From an uncultured delta proteobacterium (GTDB lineage: Bacteria; Desulfobacterota; Binatia; Binatales; Binataceae): DNA of 64,000 nt. The position numbers and the translations under genes were made by a program. The stretch is taken from positions 1,120,001 to 1,184,000 of the forward strand of contig CAWCDG010000004.1 in assembly GCA_963794325.1 (NCBI GenBank), read 5' to 3'. This document shows positions 48,382-58,687 of this stretch, in pieces. Within the stretch, counting starts at the first letter, position 1; each line of letters begins with the position of its first letter. The notes beneath the pieces are model-generated. The model was given only the letters and a program-made list of their open reading frames with translations, was not told the DNA's origin and searched no databases.

Positions 48382-49548
48382 ATGACCAATCGTCTCGGTT
48401 TCGGCGTTTTCCTGGCGCCGCATCATCCTATAGGTGAGCACCCCACGCTTCAGTTTCAGCGCGATCTCGAACTCGCCCAATGGCTCGACGATCTTCACTA
48501 CGATGAGTTCTGGGTCGGCGAGCATCATTCCGCCGGATGGGAGACGATTGCCTCGCCGGAAATGTTTCTGGTGGCGGCGGCCGAGCGCACCAAGCGAATC
48601 AGGCTCGGTACCGGCGTCGTCTCGATTCCGTACCATCACCCGTTCAACGTCGCACAGCGCATCGTGATGCTCGATCATCTTAGCCACGGCCGCGCGATGC
48701 TCGGGGTTGGGCCCGGTGCGCTGCCGTCGGACGCGGTCATGCTCGGAATCGATCCGATGACGCAGCGGGACCGGATGGACGAGGGCCTCGGAGTCATCAT
48801 CCGGCTGCTCACCCAGGACGAGCCTTTCACTTACAAGGGATCGTGGTTCGAGCTGAACGACGCCGCGCTACAGATTCGTCCGCTGCAGGAAAAAATTCCG
48901 ATTGCGGTCGCGTCGACAATTTCGCCGTCAGGGATGAAGACCGCGGGAAAATATGGCGCGGGGGTGCTGTCGGTCGCCTCTTACTCTGAAGAGGGGTTGA
49001 TGGCGCTGCCGACGCAATGGAATTTCGGCGAGACCTCGGCGAAGGAATTCGGCAACACCATCGATCGCGCCAACTGGCGAATCGTGATGCCGTTCCATCT
49101 CGCGGAATCGAAAGAGCAGGCAATGCGGGAAGTCGCGGCCGGACTCCAGAAGTGGCAGAACGAGTACATCGTCGGAATTCTTGGCACCCCGAAGCGGCCG
49201 ACTTTCCCCGACGGCTACGAGGCCGCCAGGCGGATGAGTGAATATGGCGGCGCAATCTTCGGCACCCCCGAAGACGCGCTCGATCGTATCGCGCAACTGC
49301 AGAAACTCTCCGGCGGCTTCGGCACCATCCTGAGTTTCGCGCATGACTGGGCAACCCGTCCGCAGATGATGCGCAGCTACGAACTCCTCGCGCGCTACGT
49401 GATGCCGCGATGCCAGGGCCTGATCAAGCCGATAGAAGCATCGGCCGCGCGCGTGACAGCCAACAAGGAAGCGCTGATGGAAAAAGCCGGCGGCGCAATC
49501 CTTAAGGCAATCCGCGACTACAACGCAGTGCACCCGAGACAGAAATAA
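48382..49548 (+). CDS. LLM-class flavin-dependent monooxygenase (limonene 1,2-monooxygenase-like)
   Basis: FGVFLAPHH, GEHHSAGWE, GTGVVSIPYHHP, GPGALPSDA, AHDWA. Confidence 0.88.
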   Translation: MTNRLGFGVFLAPHHPIGEHPTLQFQRDLELAQWLDDLHYDEFWVGEHHSAGWETIASPEMFLVAAAERTKRIRLGTGVVSIPYHHPFNVAQRIVMLDHLSHGRAMLGVGPGALPSDAVMLGIDPMTQRDRMDEGLGVIIRLLTQDEPFTYKGSWFELNDAALQIRPLQEKIPIAVASTISPSGMKTAGKYGAGVLSVASYSEEGLMALPTQWNFGETSAKEFGNTIDRANWRIVMPFHLAESKEQAMREVAAGLQKWQNEYIVGILGTPKRPTFPDGYEAARRMSEYGGAIFGTPEDALDRIAQLQKLSGGFGTILSFAHDWATRPQMMRSYELLARYVMPRCQGLIKPIEASAARVTANKEALMEKAGGAILKAIRDYNAVHPRQK

Positions 49549-49605
49549 TTCTGTCCTCGCTCCCGGCAAGATTCTGCCGCTGCAAAACAAGGAGGAGTCA
49601 GAACA

Positions 49606-49980
49606 ATGGTCAAATTCGATCACATGAACCTCCCAGTCACGAACTACCAGGCCTCGCGCGATTGGTATGTCCGCAACTTTGGCTTCAAGATCGAATTCGA
49701 AGTCCCCGATCGCAAGACCTCCGCAATCCAGGACGATGCCGGCTTCACGATCTTCGTCTATGAGCAAGGCGCGCAACTGTCCGGCGCAAAATGCTCTCTA
49801 ACTCTGCAAGTCGATGACGTAGATTCGAAATACCAGGAGCTGCGATCGAAAGGCGTGCCCTTCACGAATCCACCGGGAAAATATTTCTGGGGCTACGGCG
49901 CCGAACTCAAAGATCCCGACGGCTACCAAATCCTCCTATGGGACGAAGTCTCGATGAAAGAAAAAGGCGGCTCCAACTAG
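49606..49980 (+). CDS. VOC/glyoxalase-family protein
   Basis: FDHMNLPV, VDDVD, WGYGAELKDPDG. Confidence 0.9.
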   Translation: MVKFDHMNLPVTNYQASRDWYVRNFGFKIEFEVPDRKTSAIQDDAGFTIFVYEQGAQLSGAKCSLTLQVDDVDSKYQELRSKGVPFTNPPGKYFWGYGAELKDPDGYQILLWDEVSMKEKGGSN

Positions 49981-50011
49981 ATTGGCGTGAGTCTCTTGGC
50001 TTAGTGCAAGG

Positions 50012-50153
50012 AAGGAGCCGGGATTCTTCGCTTCGCTCTAGAATGACACTGGAAAAGGAACCTGAGAGCAAAATAGCGTCCTCGCCATTTTGCGATTAAT
50101 ACTGGGTGCAGGGGTCACCCCTGCTGGAACCCACCGTGGGTTCCACATTCAAT
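50012..50153 (-). repeat. Composite repeat (family D, 22-bp linker, partial family B), inverted relative to 56997-57268
   Basis: aaggagccgggattcttcgcttcgctctagaatgacac; gcgtcctcgccattttgcgatt; actgggtgcaggggtcacccctgc..ggaaccc..gggttccacattcaat. Confidence 0.85.
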
Positions 50154-50262
50154 CCGCTGACAGCCGTTGGCTACGCTGTGGAAACAACGCGGCGCGGCTC
50201 TTGAAGCTCTGATCCTCGGAGCACACCATAGATATGTGGCGCGCAAGCCTCGCGCCGCGCCG

Positions 50263-53200
50263 ATGTCAGCCGCTCGTGAAATCATAATCTCGGAACGCGC
50301 CACAGACCGAATCGAGGCCGCACGCGCATGGCTCGAAGCGCAGCCGCCGGCCCGCGAAATCCTCGTGATCGCCTCAGTCAAGGAGGCAGCTGACGACCTG
50401 GTGCGCGCGTTCGCGATGTCGCGCGGCGCGATGCTCGGCATGCATCGCATGACGCTCAACCGTCTCTGTGGATTGCTCGCCGCCGAGGAACTCGCCGACG
50501 CCGGCCTCGCGCCCGCCGACGGACTCGCTGCCGAGGCGGTCGCCGCGCGCGCGGTCTTCCGCCTGGCGCCGACCGGAGCGCTCGCGCATTTCGACTCGGT
50601 GCTGAAGCTTCCCGGCTTTTCACGCGCGTTGGCGCGAACGCTAATCGAGCTACGATGGAACAATATCGCCGCCGTCGATTTGCGAGCGCTTGGCGGCGCG
50701 GGCGAGGCGATCGCGGCAACCCTCGTCCAGTTCGACGCCGAGCTGGCCGACGCCAAACTGATCGATCGCGCCGGGATGCTGAAAGTCGCGACGCGCGCGG
50801 TCCTCGCGAGTGATCCGCCTCGCTTCGTCGGTCTTCCGATCCTGATGCTGGACCCATCGGTGGACAGCGCACTCGACCGCGACTTTATCGCGGCGCTCGC
50901 CGCGTGTTCGCCGTCGATCCTCGCGACGATTCCCGCCGGCGACGCCCCCGTTCAAACGATCCTCGAAGATGCGCTCGGCGTGCGCGCGACTGCCCTATCG
51001 CCGGGTGCGGACGAAAACCTCGCGCCCTCGCTGGGTCGCCTGCAGACCCATCTGTTCTCCGACACCGCGCCGCCCGAGCGCGACGTTGACGAAACCGTGA
51101 CGGTGATTTCCGCGCCGGGCGAGATGCACGAATGCGTCGAGATCGCGCGACGAATCGCCGCGGAAGCGCGGCGCGGCGTGCCATTCGATCGAATCAGTGT
51201 GCTGCTGCACGACCCGATTCGCTACGCGCCGTACCTGCAGGAAGCGCTCGCCCGCGCGGAAATTCCCGCCTACTTCGCGCGCGGCACGCGCCGCCCCGAA
51301 CCGGGAGGCCGTGCGATGCTCGCGCTGCTTTGCTGCGCCGCGGAAGATCTCTCGGCGCGCCGCTTCGGCGAATATCTCTCGCTCGCCCAGGTGCCCGACC
51401 CCGACCGCCCCCGCGACGACCAGCCCGCCCTCAGTCTCGACGCGGAACTCGTCCCCCTCTCACTTGATTCAGATCTCGAAGTCGAAAACCACGCTGCGAA
51501 AGATATTCCCAATGACACTGACGTTTCGGATCCGGTTCCTTTGATCGAGGGAACCGCGCGCGCGCCATGGCGATGGGAGCGACTCATTGTCGATGCGGCC
51601 GTAATTGGCAGCGCACAGAGATGGAAGCGGCGGCTCAATGGCCTCGCAAACGAACTAGTCGCAAAACGCAACGAAATTGTCGACGACGACGCGCACGCGG
51701 CGAGCCTCGAGCGAAGAATTCTCGACCTCGCGCATCTTGGCGAAGTCGCGATGCCGATTCTCTCGATGCTCGAAGCGGCGCCGCGCAATGCGACCTGGGG
51801 CGACTGGCTGAAATTTCTGCGCGACCTGGTTGACCTGGCGATTCGCGATCGAGAGCCGGTGCTTGCCGCGCTCGCGGAGCTCGAGCCGATGGCGCCGGTC
51901 GGTCCGGTCGGACTCGACGAGGTGCGCCTGGTGCTGAACGATCGGCTCGGACGCCTCGAAGCGCCGCGCCGCGTTCGCCGCTACGGCGCGGTGTTCGTCG
52001 CATCGCCGACTGGCGCGCGCGGCATGGAGTTCGACGTCGTAATCGTCCCGGGTCTCGCCGAGCGAATGTTTCCGCGCAAGCTGACCGAGGATCCGATTCT
52101 CTCCGATGCGGCGCGCGTGCGGCTGAGTCCGTATCTCGCGCGCAATGAACGGCGTGTCGGCGCGGAGCGGCTTGCGCTCCGAATCGCGGCGGGCGCGGCT
52201 CGTGAGCGTGCGATGTTTTCCTACCCGCGCGTCGATCTCGACCAGGGTCGTCCGCGCGTGCCGTCGTTCTATGCGCTCGAAGTTCTGCGCGCGGCGGAAG
52301 GCCGCCTGCCCGGCTTCGATGAGCTCGCGAGTCGCGCCTCTTCGCAGCCGACGACGCGGCTCTCGTGGCCGGCGCCGTCCAATCCTGCCGACGCGATCGA
52401 TGACGCCGAGTTCGACCTGGCGGTGCTCGACAAACTGGTGGACGCCGATCCGCAGACGACGACTGGCGCGGCGAACTATCTGCTCGACGCCAACGTTCAT
52501 CTCGGGCGGGCGTTGCGCGCACGGGCGCGGCGATGGCTCCGGCGATGGACGCAGTCGGACGGGCTCGTCGATCCCTACGCGGCGGCGCTGGCGGCCCTGG
52601 GGAAGCATCAGTTGTCCAAGCGTTCGTACTCGCCGACCGCGCTGCAGAATTTCGCGGCGTGCCCCTATCATTTTTTTCTGCAAGCGATCCATCGGCTCGA
52701 GCCGCGCGAGGAGCCCGAGGCGATCGAGACGCTCGATCCGCTCACGCGCGGCGCTCTATTTGCGGAAGTGCAATATGAAATTCTGTCGGCGCTTCGCGAG
52801 CTCGACGTGCTGCCGGTGACGACCGACGACCTCGATGACGCGTCAGGGCTACTCGACGAAAAGCTCGACGAGGTTGCGGCGCAATGGCATGAGAAGCTCG
52901 CTCCCGCGATCGAGCGCGTGTGGCTCGACGGAATCGAAAGTATCCGCGCCGATTTGCGCGAATGGTTGCGCCGCGCGGCCGAGGACGCCGAGCATTGGCG
53001 GCCCGAATGGTTCGAGCTCGGCTTCGGGCTCCACGATCGCACGCAGGCGGACCCGCATAGCTCGTCGGACCCAGTGGCGATCGGGGGCGGGCTCAGTCTC
53101 CGGGGATCGATCGATTTGGTCGAACGAGATCCGAGCGGACGAATTCGCGTCACCGATCACAAAACCGGGAAGGTGCGCGCCGAGAAGAACTTCGTGATTG

Positions 53201-53538
53201 GCGGCGGCAAGACGTTGCAGCCGGTGTTCTACGCGCTCGCGGCGGAAAGCGTACTCAAGGAAAAGATTTACGCCGGGCGGCTCTACTACTGCACCGCAGC
53301 CGGCGGTTACGAAGAGCGAGTGGTCGAAATCAACGACGAGGCGCGGAAAGCCTCGCGAGATTTTGTTGCAATCGTCCAGGAATCGTTGGAAGCAGGCTTC
53401 CTGCCCGCCGCGCCGGACGATCGCGAATGCGATTGGTGCGACTACAAGCGCGTTTGCGGCCCTTACGAGGAGCGGCGCTCCAGAATCAAGCCACCGGCGC
53501 GCCTCAAATCGCTGAAGAAGCTGCGCGAGATGCCATGA
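50263..53538 (+). CDS. addB: AddB-like subunit: inactive helicase scaffold plus PD-(D/E)XK nuclease with Fe-S Cys motif
   Basis: SPTALQNFAACPY, RGSIDLVE, VTDHKTG, LQPVFYA, ECDWCDYKRVC; start uncertain (50236 or 50263). Confidence 0.8.
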   Translation: MSAAREIIISERATDRIEAARAWLEAQPPAREILVIASVKEAADDLVRAFAMSRGAMLGMHRMTLNRLCGLLAAEELADAGLAPADGLAAEAVAARAVFRLAPTGALAHFDSVLKLPGFSRALARTLIELRWNNIAAVDLRALGGAGEAIAATLVQFDAELADAKLIDRAGMLKVATRAVLASDPPRFVGLPILMLDPSVDSALDRDFIAALAACSPSILATIPAGDAPVQTILEDALGVRATALSPGADENLAPSLGRLQTHLFSDTAPPERDVDETVTVISAPGEMHECVEIARRIAAEARRGVPFDRISVLLHDPIRYAPYLQEALARAEIPAYFARGTRRPEPGGRAMLALLCCAAEDLSARRFGEYLSLAQVPDPDRPRDDQPALSLDAELVPLSLDSDLEVENHAAKDIPNDTDVSDPVPLIEGTARAPWRWERLIVDAAVIGSAQRWKRRLNGLANELVAKRNEIVDDDAHAASLERRILDLAHLGEVAMPILSMLEAAPRNATWGDWLKFLRDLVDLAIRDREPVLAALAELEPMAPVGPVGLDEVRLVLNDRLGRLEAPRRVRRYGAVFVASPTGARGMEFDVVIVPGLAERMFPRKLTEDPILSDAARVRLSPYLARNERRVGAERLALRIAAGAARERAMFSYPRVDLDQGRPRVPSFYALEVLRAAEGRLPGFDELASRASSQPTTRLSWPAPSNPADAIDDAEFDLAVLDKLVDADPQTTTGAANYLLDANVHLGRALRARARRWLRRWTQSDGLVDPYAAALAALGKHQLSKRSYSPTALQNFAACPYHFFLQAIHRLEPREEPEAIETLDPLTRGALFAEVQYEILSALRELDVLPVTTDDLDDASGLLDEKLDEVAAQWHEKLAPAIERVWLDGIESIRADLREWLRRAAEDAEHWRPEWFELGFGLHDRTQADPHSSSDPVAIGGGLSLRGSIDLVERDPSGRIRVTDHKTGKVRAEKNFVIGGGKTLQPVFYALAAESVLKEKIYAGRLYYCTAAGGYEERVVEINDEARKASRDFVAIVQESLEAGFLPAAPDDRECDWCDYKRVCGPYEERRSRIKPPARLKSLKKLREMP

Positions 53539-56500
53539 CGCCGGCGACTCCGACAATCATATCCGATCAGGCAGTGCGCGATCGGATTCGCGATGACCTT
53601 GACGTGACGCTCGTGATCGAAGCCGCCGCCGGTACTGGTAAAACCACCGCGCTGGTGAATCGAATCGTCTCGGTGATCGGGTCGGGGCGCGGCGAGCTGG
53701 CGCGGATCGTCGCGGTGACGTTCACCGAGAAGGCGGCCGGCGAGCTGAAGCTCAGGCTGCGCGCCGAAATCGAGCGAGCGCGCCAAAGTACTGAGCATCT
53801 GAGCGAAGCGCGCGCGCGTTTCGATCTGGCGCTCAAGCAGCTTGAAGAAGCGCGAATCGGGACCATTCATTCGTTCTGCGCCGACCTGCTGCGCGAGCGG
53901 CCGGTGGAAGCGCAAGTCGATCCGATGTTCGAAGTCGCGCCCGAGGACTTGGCGGGCGAGATGTTCGACGCCGCGTTCGAGCGATGGTTCGAAAAAATTC
54001 TGGACAATCCCAGCGAGGGGATGCGCCGCTTGCTGCGCAGGCGCGATCTGTCGTCGCGCTCGGGACCGCGGGCGATCGCGCGCCGCGCGGCGCTCGAGCT
54101 GATGAACTGGCGCGACTTCGATTCGCCGTGGACGCATTCGCCGATGGCGCGCGATGCCGAGATCGACGCGATCATCGCGGAAGTCGAGGAGCTCGGCAAA
54201 CTATCCGAACTTGGCGAGGATGACGACTGGCTGGCGAAGGGCCTCGACGCGATCGCACGTCCGGTCGCCGAGGCGACGCGGCTCGAAGCCGTGCGCGGTC
54301 GCGACTACGACGCGCTCGAATCGGTGCTGATCGCGCTTTGCACCGGCCGGCGTTGGGATTGGAAGGGATACGGCGGCAGTTTTGGCGAGGTCGCGCGCGA
54401 AGACATTTTTCGCCGACGGTCCGAGCTGCACGATCGGCTCCGCAAGTTTCGCGACGACGCGGGCGCCAATCTGGCGCCGCTCCTGCGCGACGAACTGTGG
54501 CCGATTGTCGGCATCTACGAAGAAATTAAACAGCGCGCGGGGCGGCTCGACTTCCTCGACTTGCTCCTGGTCGCGCGCAATCTGGTTCGCGACCATCCCG
54601 CAGTGCGCGCCGAGCTGCAAAATCGCTTCACTCACATTTTCGTCGATGAATTCCAGGATACCGATCCGTTGCAGGCGGAAATTCTGCTGCTGCTTTCGTC
54701 CGCCGATCCCGCCGAGACCAACTGGCTGAGAGTCAAGCCGATTGACGGCAAATTATTTATCGTCGGCGATCCGAAACAGTCGATTTACCGTTTTCGCCGC
54801 GCCGACGTTTCGCTCTACCAGGGCGTCAAGCAACTGCTGCTGATGCATGGCGCGCAACTCGAACATCTGACGGTCAGCTTCCGCGCGACGCCCGCGATTC
54901 AGACCATGGTCAATGCCGCGTTCGCGCCGCTGATGAGCGAGGAATCGGGCACGCAGCCGCGTTATGCGCCGTTGACGCCGTATCGCGCGGCGCCCGCGAC
55001 GCAACCGTCGATCGTCGTGCTGCCGGTGCCGGAGCCGTACGGCGATTTCGGGCGCGTCGTGAATTGGAAAATCGACGATTCCATTCCAGAGGCGATCGCC
55101 GCGTACGCGCGATGGCTGGTGCATGAAAGCGGATGGACGGTGACCGAGCGCGAGGCGCCCGACCTGCGCGTGCCGATTCGTCCGCGGCATATCTGCATCC
55201 TGTTTCGCCGGATGAATTCGTACGGGCGGGATATTACCCGGTCGTATCTGCGCGCGCTCGAAGCGCGGCATTTGCCGCACGTGCTGGTCAAGGGCGGATC
55301 GTTCAACGAACGCGAAGAAGTACTCGCGCTGCGCAATCTTCTCGGAGCAATCGAGCGGCCCGACGACGAGCTGATGGTCTTCGCCGCGCTGCGCGGTCCG
55401 GTGTTCGCGCTCTCGGATGCCGCGCTGCTCGAATTCCGCACGACTATTGGCGGTCTGCACCCGTTCCGCAAGCTGCCCGACGATCTTCCCGCCAGTCTTC
55501 AAGAAGTGAAGGGCGCGCTCGAGGTCATTAAGAGTTTGCATCGCGGGCGGAATCGACGGCCGATCGCGGAGACGATCGCAATGCTGCTGGCGACGACGCG
55601 CGCGCATGCGGGGTTCGCGATTTGGCCGACCGGCGAGCAGGCGCTCGCGAATATCATGCGGATAATGGACCAGGCGCGGCGCTACGAAGCGCGCGGCGGC
55701 GCCACGTCGTTCCGGGCATTTGTCGATGAACTAGAAGCGCGCGCCGAGCGCGACGAGGCGAGCGAGACCCCGATTGTCGAGGAAGGCACCGAGGGCGTAC
55801 GCATCATGACGGTGCATCGCGCGAAGGGCCTCGAGTTCCCGGTCGTCATCCTGGCCGATATCACTTGCAACGAAACTCGCGAGAACGCGTCGCGGTATAT
55901 CGAGCCCGCATCGAAGCTGGCCGCAATGGAACTAGCCGGATGCGCACCGCGCGAGCTGCAGAAGCACGCGGCGAAGGAGCATGACCGCGACGTCGAAGAG
56001 TCGATCCGCCTGCTTTACGTGGCGGTGACGCGCGCGCGTGATTTGATCGTCGTGCCGGCGGTTGGTGACGAAGAATCCGACGGCTGGCTCGCGCGCCTGA
56101 ATCCCGTGGTCTATCCGTCGCAAACCGAGCGGCGCGACCCAATCTCGGCGCATCCTGCGGGATGCCCTGAATTCGGCGACGACAGCGTGCTGACGCGGCC
56201 GCCGAAAGCGCCGGGCAAAGTGAAGTCGGTGGCGCCGGGATTACATCGCGCGCAAAAGGGCGACCATCAAATCGTCTGGTGGGATCCGCGGCTGCTGATT
56301 CTCAACGTCGAAGAAAAAATGGGGCTGCGGCAGGACAAGCTGCTGCAAGCTGACGAAAACAAACTGGCGTCGGATCGCGGCGTCAAACTCCATGGAGAGT
56401 GGAGCGCAAAGCGCGCGGCGATGCTCGCGATGGGAACGACTCCGCGAATGAACGTCGCGACGGCGACCGAACTGGCGCTTGTGGCGCCGACCGACGGCCC

Positions 56501-56996
56501 AGCGTCTGGCGAAACAATTGTGATCGAAGAGACGCTTCGCGATCGCGGCCGGCCGCACGGAAAGCGCTTCGGCTCGCTGGTCCATCTGACGATGCTGCGT
56601 GCGCCGTTCGACGCCGGCGGGATCGAGATCCGCAAGATCGCAGCCAGCGCCGCAAAGATGATCGGCGCGTCCGACGACGAAATCGCAGCGGCGGCCTCTG
56701 CTGTAGCATCCGCGCTCAAATCTCCGTTGATGCGTCGTGCCAAAGCCGCGGATACGGTGATGCGCGAATGTCCGCTGATGATTCGCCTTGAAGACGGTAC
56801 CGCAGTCGAAGGAATCGCGGACCTCGCGTTTGCGGAAAGCACCAACGACGGCGTCGTTTGGACGGTCGTCGATTTCAAAACTGACATCGAAGTTGCGCCC
56901 CGCCTCGACGAGTACCGCACCCAGATTCGGTTCTACGTGCGCGCAGTGAGAGAGAGCACCGGGCGTCCGGCCAGCGGCGCGATTTTGTGGATCTGA
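53535..56996 (+). CDS. addA: AddA-like UvrD helicase-nuclease
   Basis: AAAGTGKT, VTFTEKAA, TIHSFC, VDEFQDT, VGDPKQSIYRFR, MTVHRAKGLEF, LYVAVTRAR, GIADL..DFKT; ATGA overlap with addB. Confidence 0.88.
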   Translation: MTPATPTIISDQAVRDRIRDDLDVTLVIEAAAGTGKTTALVNRIVSVIGSGRGELARIVAVTFTEKAAGELKLRLRAEIERARQSTEHLSEARARFDLALKQLEEARIGTIHSFCADLLRERPVEAQVDPMFEVAPEDLAGEMFDAAFERWFEKILDNPSEGMRRLLRRRDLSSRSGPRAIARRAALELMNWRDFDSPWTHSPMARDAEIDAIIAEVEELGKLSELGEDDDWLAKGLDAIARPVAEATRLEAVRGRDYDALESVLIALCTGRRWDWKGYGGSFGEVAREDIFRRRSELHDRLRKFRDDAGANLAPLLRDELWPIVGIYEEIKQRAGRLDFLDLLLVARNLVRDHPAVRAELQNRFTHIFVDEFQDTDPLQAEILLLLSSADPAETNWLRVKPIDGKLFIVGDPKQSIYRFRRADVSLYQGVKQLLLMHGAQLEHLTVSFRATPAIQTMVNAAFAPLMSEESGTQPRYAPLTPYRAAPATQPSIVVLPVPEPYGDFGRVVNWKIDDSIPEAIAAYARWLVHESGWTVTEREAPDLRVPIRPRHICILFRRMNSYGRDITRSYLRALEARHLPHVLVKGGSFNEREEVLALRNLLGAIERPDDELMVFAALRGPVFALSDAALLEFRTTIGGLHPFRKLPDDLPASLQEVKGALEVIKSLHRGRNRRPIAETIAMLLATTRAHAGFAIWPTGEQALANIMRIMDQARRYEARGGATSFRAFVDELEARAERDEASETPIVEEGTEGVRIMTVHRAKGLEFPVVILADITCNETRENASRYIEPASKLAAMELAGCAPRELQKHAAKEHDRDVEESIRLLYVAVTRARDLIVVPAVGDEESDGWLARLNPVVYPSQTERRDPISAHPAGCPEFGDDSVLTRPPKAPGKVKSVAPGLHRAQKGDHQIVWWDPRLLILNVEEKMGLRQDKLLQADENKLASDRGVKLHGEWSAKRAAMLAMGTTPRMNVATATELALVAPTDGPASGETIVIEETLRDRGRPHGKRFGSLVHLTMLRAPFDAGGIEIRKIAASAAKMIGASDDEIAAAASAVASALKSPLMRRAKAADTVMRECPLMIRLEDGTAVEGIADLAFAESTNDGVVWTVVDFKTDIEVAPRLDEYRTQIRFYVRAVRESTGRPASGAILWI

Positions 56997-57268
56997 GGGA
57001 AGGGTAAATCACTTTATTAAATGTGAAACCCGCGATGGGTTTCACGCTTCCTTCGGCAGGGGTGACCCCTGCACCCAGTGAAAAGAAATCGCAAAATGGC
57101 GAGGACGCCTCTGAATACCTCGCCCGTTATTTTACGGGAGAGGAGGCCGGCGGGCGCAGCCGCCGGTAGGTGAGGGTGCTGGGCTACATCCGAAAAGCTC
57201 GCGCGCTCGCTCTTTGTGTAGTTCCGTCCTTGTGTCATTCAGAGCGCAGCGAAGAATCCCGGCTCCTT
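56997..57268 (+). repeat. Composite repeat cluster: family B (56997-57079), linker (57087-57108), family C (57116-57177), family D (57232-57268)
   Basis: Starts immediately after the addA stop codon; each module matches copies elsewhere in the window. Confidence 0.88.
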
Positions 57269-57343
57269 GCTGGGAGAGGTAAATCGCGCGCTTGGTGCTC
57301 GCGATGAATTTGTGCTGAAATCCCGACCGCGAGGGAAATAGCG

Positions 57344-58441
57344 ATGACAATCGACATTATATATGGCGAACGCGCGACTACCGGCGTCGATGCTGACGCG
57401 ACCAGTGGCGGTTTGTGGCTCAGTGGCGACGATCTGAAACGCGTCAGTGGATGGGAGTTCAAGCCGCAGGGATTCTGCAAGGGCGATGTATGCGTGCCGA
57501 CGCCCGCTGCGCGCAAGAGCGAGTTCGTCGATCGCAACCGTTTCAATCTCGCGGCGCTGGCGAATTTGCTGGGACAGCCGGTCGTGCCTGACGAGCAGCA
57601 TCATGCATGGTGTATCGGCGAGGCCGCGTCGGAGCGCAAGCGTATGTTGACCTCGCTCGACGCGCCGGATTTCACCCTGCCCGATCTCGACGGCAAGATG
57701 CATTCTCTGTCCGACTATCGCGGCAAGAAAGTTTTCGTCGTCTCATGGGCGTCCTGGTGAGGATGCCGCTTTGACCTGCCAGTCTGGCAGGCCCTCTACG
57801 AAGAACTCGGACCGAAAGGATTCGTGCCGATCGCGATCGCATTCGACAGCGGCGGTATCGCCGCGACCGAGCCGTGGATCAAGGCGGCGAACCCTACCTA
57901 CCCATGCCTCATCGATCGACAGCATCTCGTCGCCGAGCTTTACGACATGGTCAATGTGCCTACTGCCGTCTGGATCGATGAGCGCGGCAAGATAGTCCGC
58001 CCGAGCGAGCCTGCCGGCGTCACGGACGCCTTCCGAAAGATGGATCACAAGAACTTTTCGATTCCCGCCGACGCGATGAGCGAGTTGCAGGCCAAGCGCA
58101 AGGCGTACCAGGAGGCGCTCCGCGATTGGGTGGCAAAGGGACCGAAAAGCCGCTTCGCACTCGACGAGGCCGAAGTGCTCAAGCGGACGCATACCCCGGA
58201 CGATGCTCACGTCCGTGCGGCTGCGAATTTCAGACTCGGCGAATACCTTTTCGAGAAGGGACACGCCGAGGCGGCGCAGAAGTACTTCGAGGAAGCCAAG
58301 CGGCTGCGTCCGGAAAGCTGGAACTACAAGCGGCAAGCATGGGCGCTCGAGGATCCGATGAAGGCAGGCGGTCCCGAGTTCTGGGCCGCAGTCGATTCGC
58401 TGGGCGAAGGAAAGTACTACCCCGGCGCGGAGGATATATAG
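57344..58441 (+). CDS. TlpA/ResA-like thioredoxin-fold selenoprotein (WASW-U-GC), TGA at 57758-57760
   Basis: ORFs 57344..57760 and 57824..58441 are in the same frame. Readthrough gives APDFTLPDLDG..SLSDYRGKKVFVVSWASW-U-GCRFDLPVWQALYEEL..., followed by NVPT cis-Pro and a TPR-like tail. Confidence 0.9.
57775..57791 (+). promoter_or_regulatory. Putative SECIS hairpin
   Basis: CCUGCCA-GUC-UGGCAGG, starting 15 nt after the UGA; resembles the E. coli fdhF apical GCAGGUCUGC. Confidence 0.7.
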
Positions 58442-58647
58442 GGAAGGGTAAATCACTTGATTGAATGTGGAACCCGCGGTGGGTTCCACACCTCCTTCGG
58501 CAGGGGTGACCCCTGCACCCAGTAATAGGAAAGATGCGGGACTTCGTCCCTGTTAGAAAGGGTTAAGCGAGGAGGCATCGCGAATCTTACCTCGCCCGTT
58601 ATTTTACGGGAGAGGCGGCTGGCCGCATCGCGGCCAGCGGTGAGGGT
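58441..58647 (+). repeat. Family B repeat (58441-58560) plus family C repeat (58586-58647)
   Basis: Begins within the TAG stop of the selenoprotein gene; carries the gtggaaccc/gggttccac stem variant. Confidence 0.88.
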
Positions 58648-58687
58648 TCTGGGGTCAAGATGCATGCGCGCCGCTTCGGAACTGACT

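Noticed and set aside
50263-56996. Helicase-nuclease pair as a novel defence system or Cas4 module
   Set aside because: The architecture, Fe-S Cys pattern and ATGA coupling match the housekeeping AddAB recombination complex.
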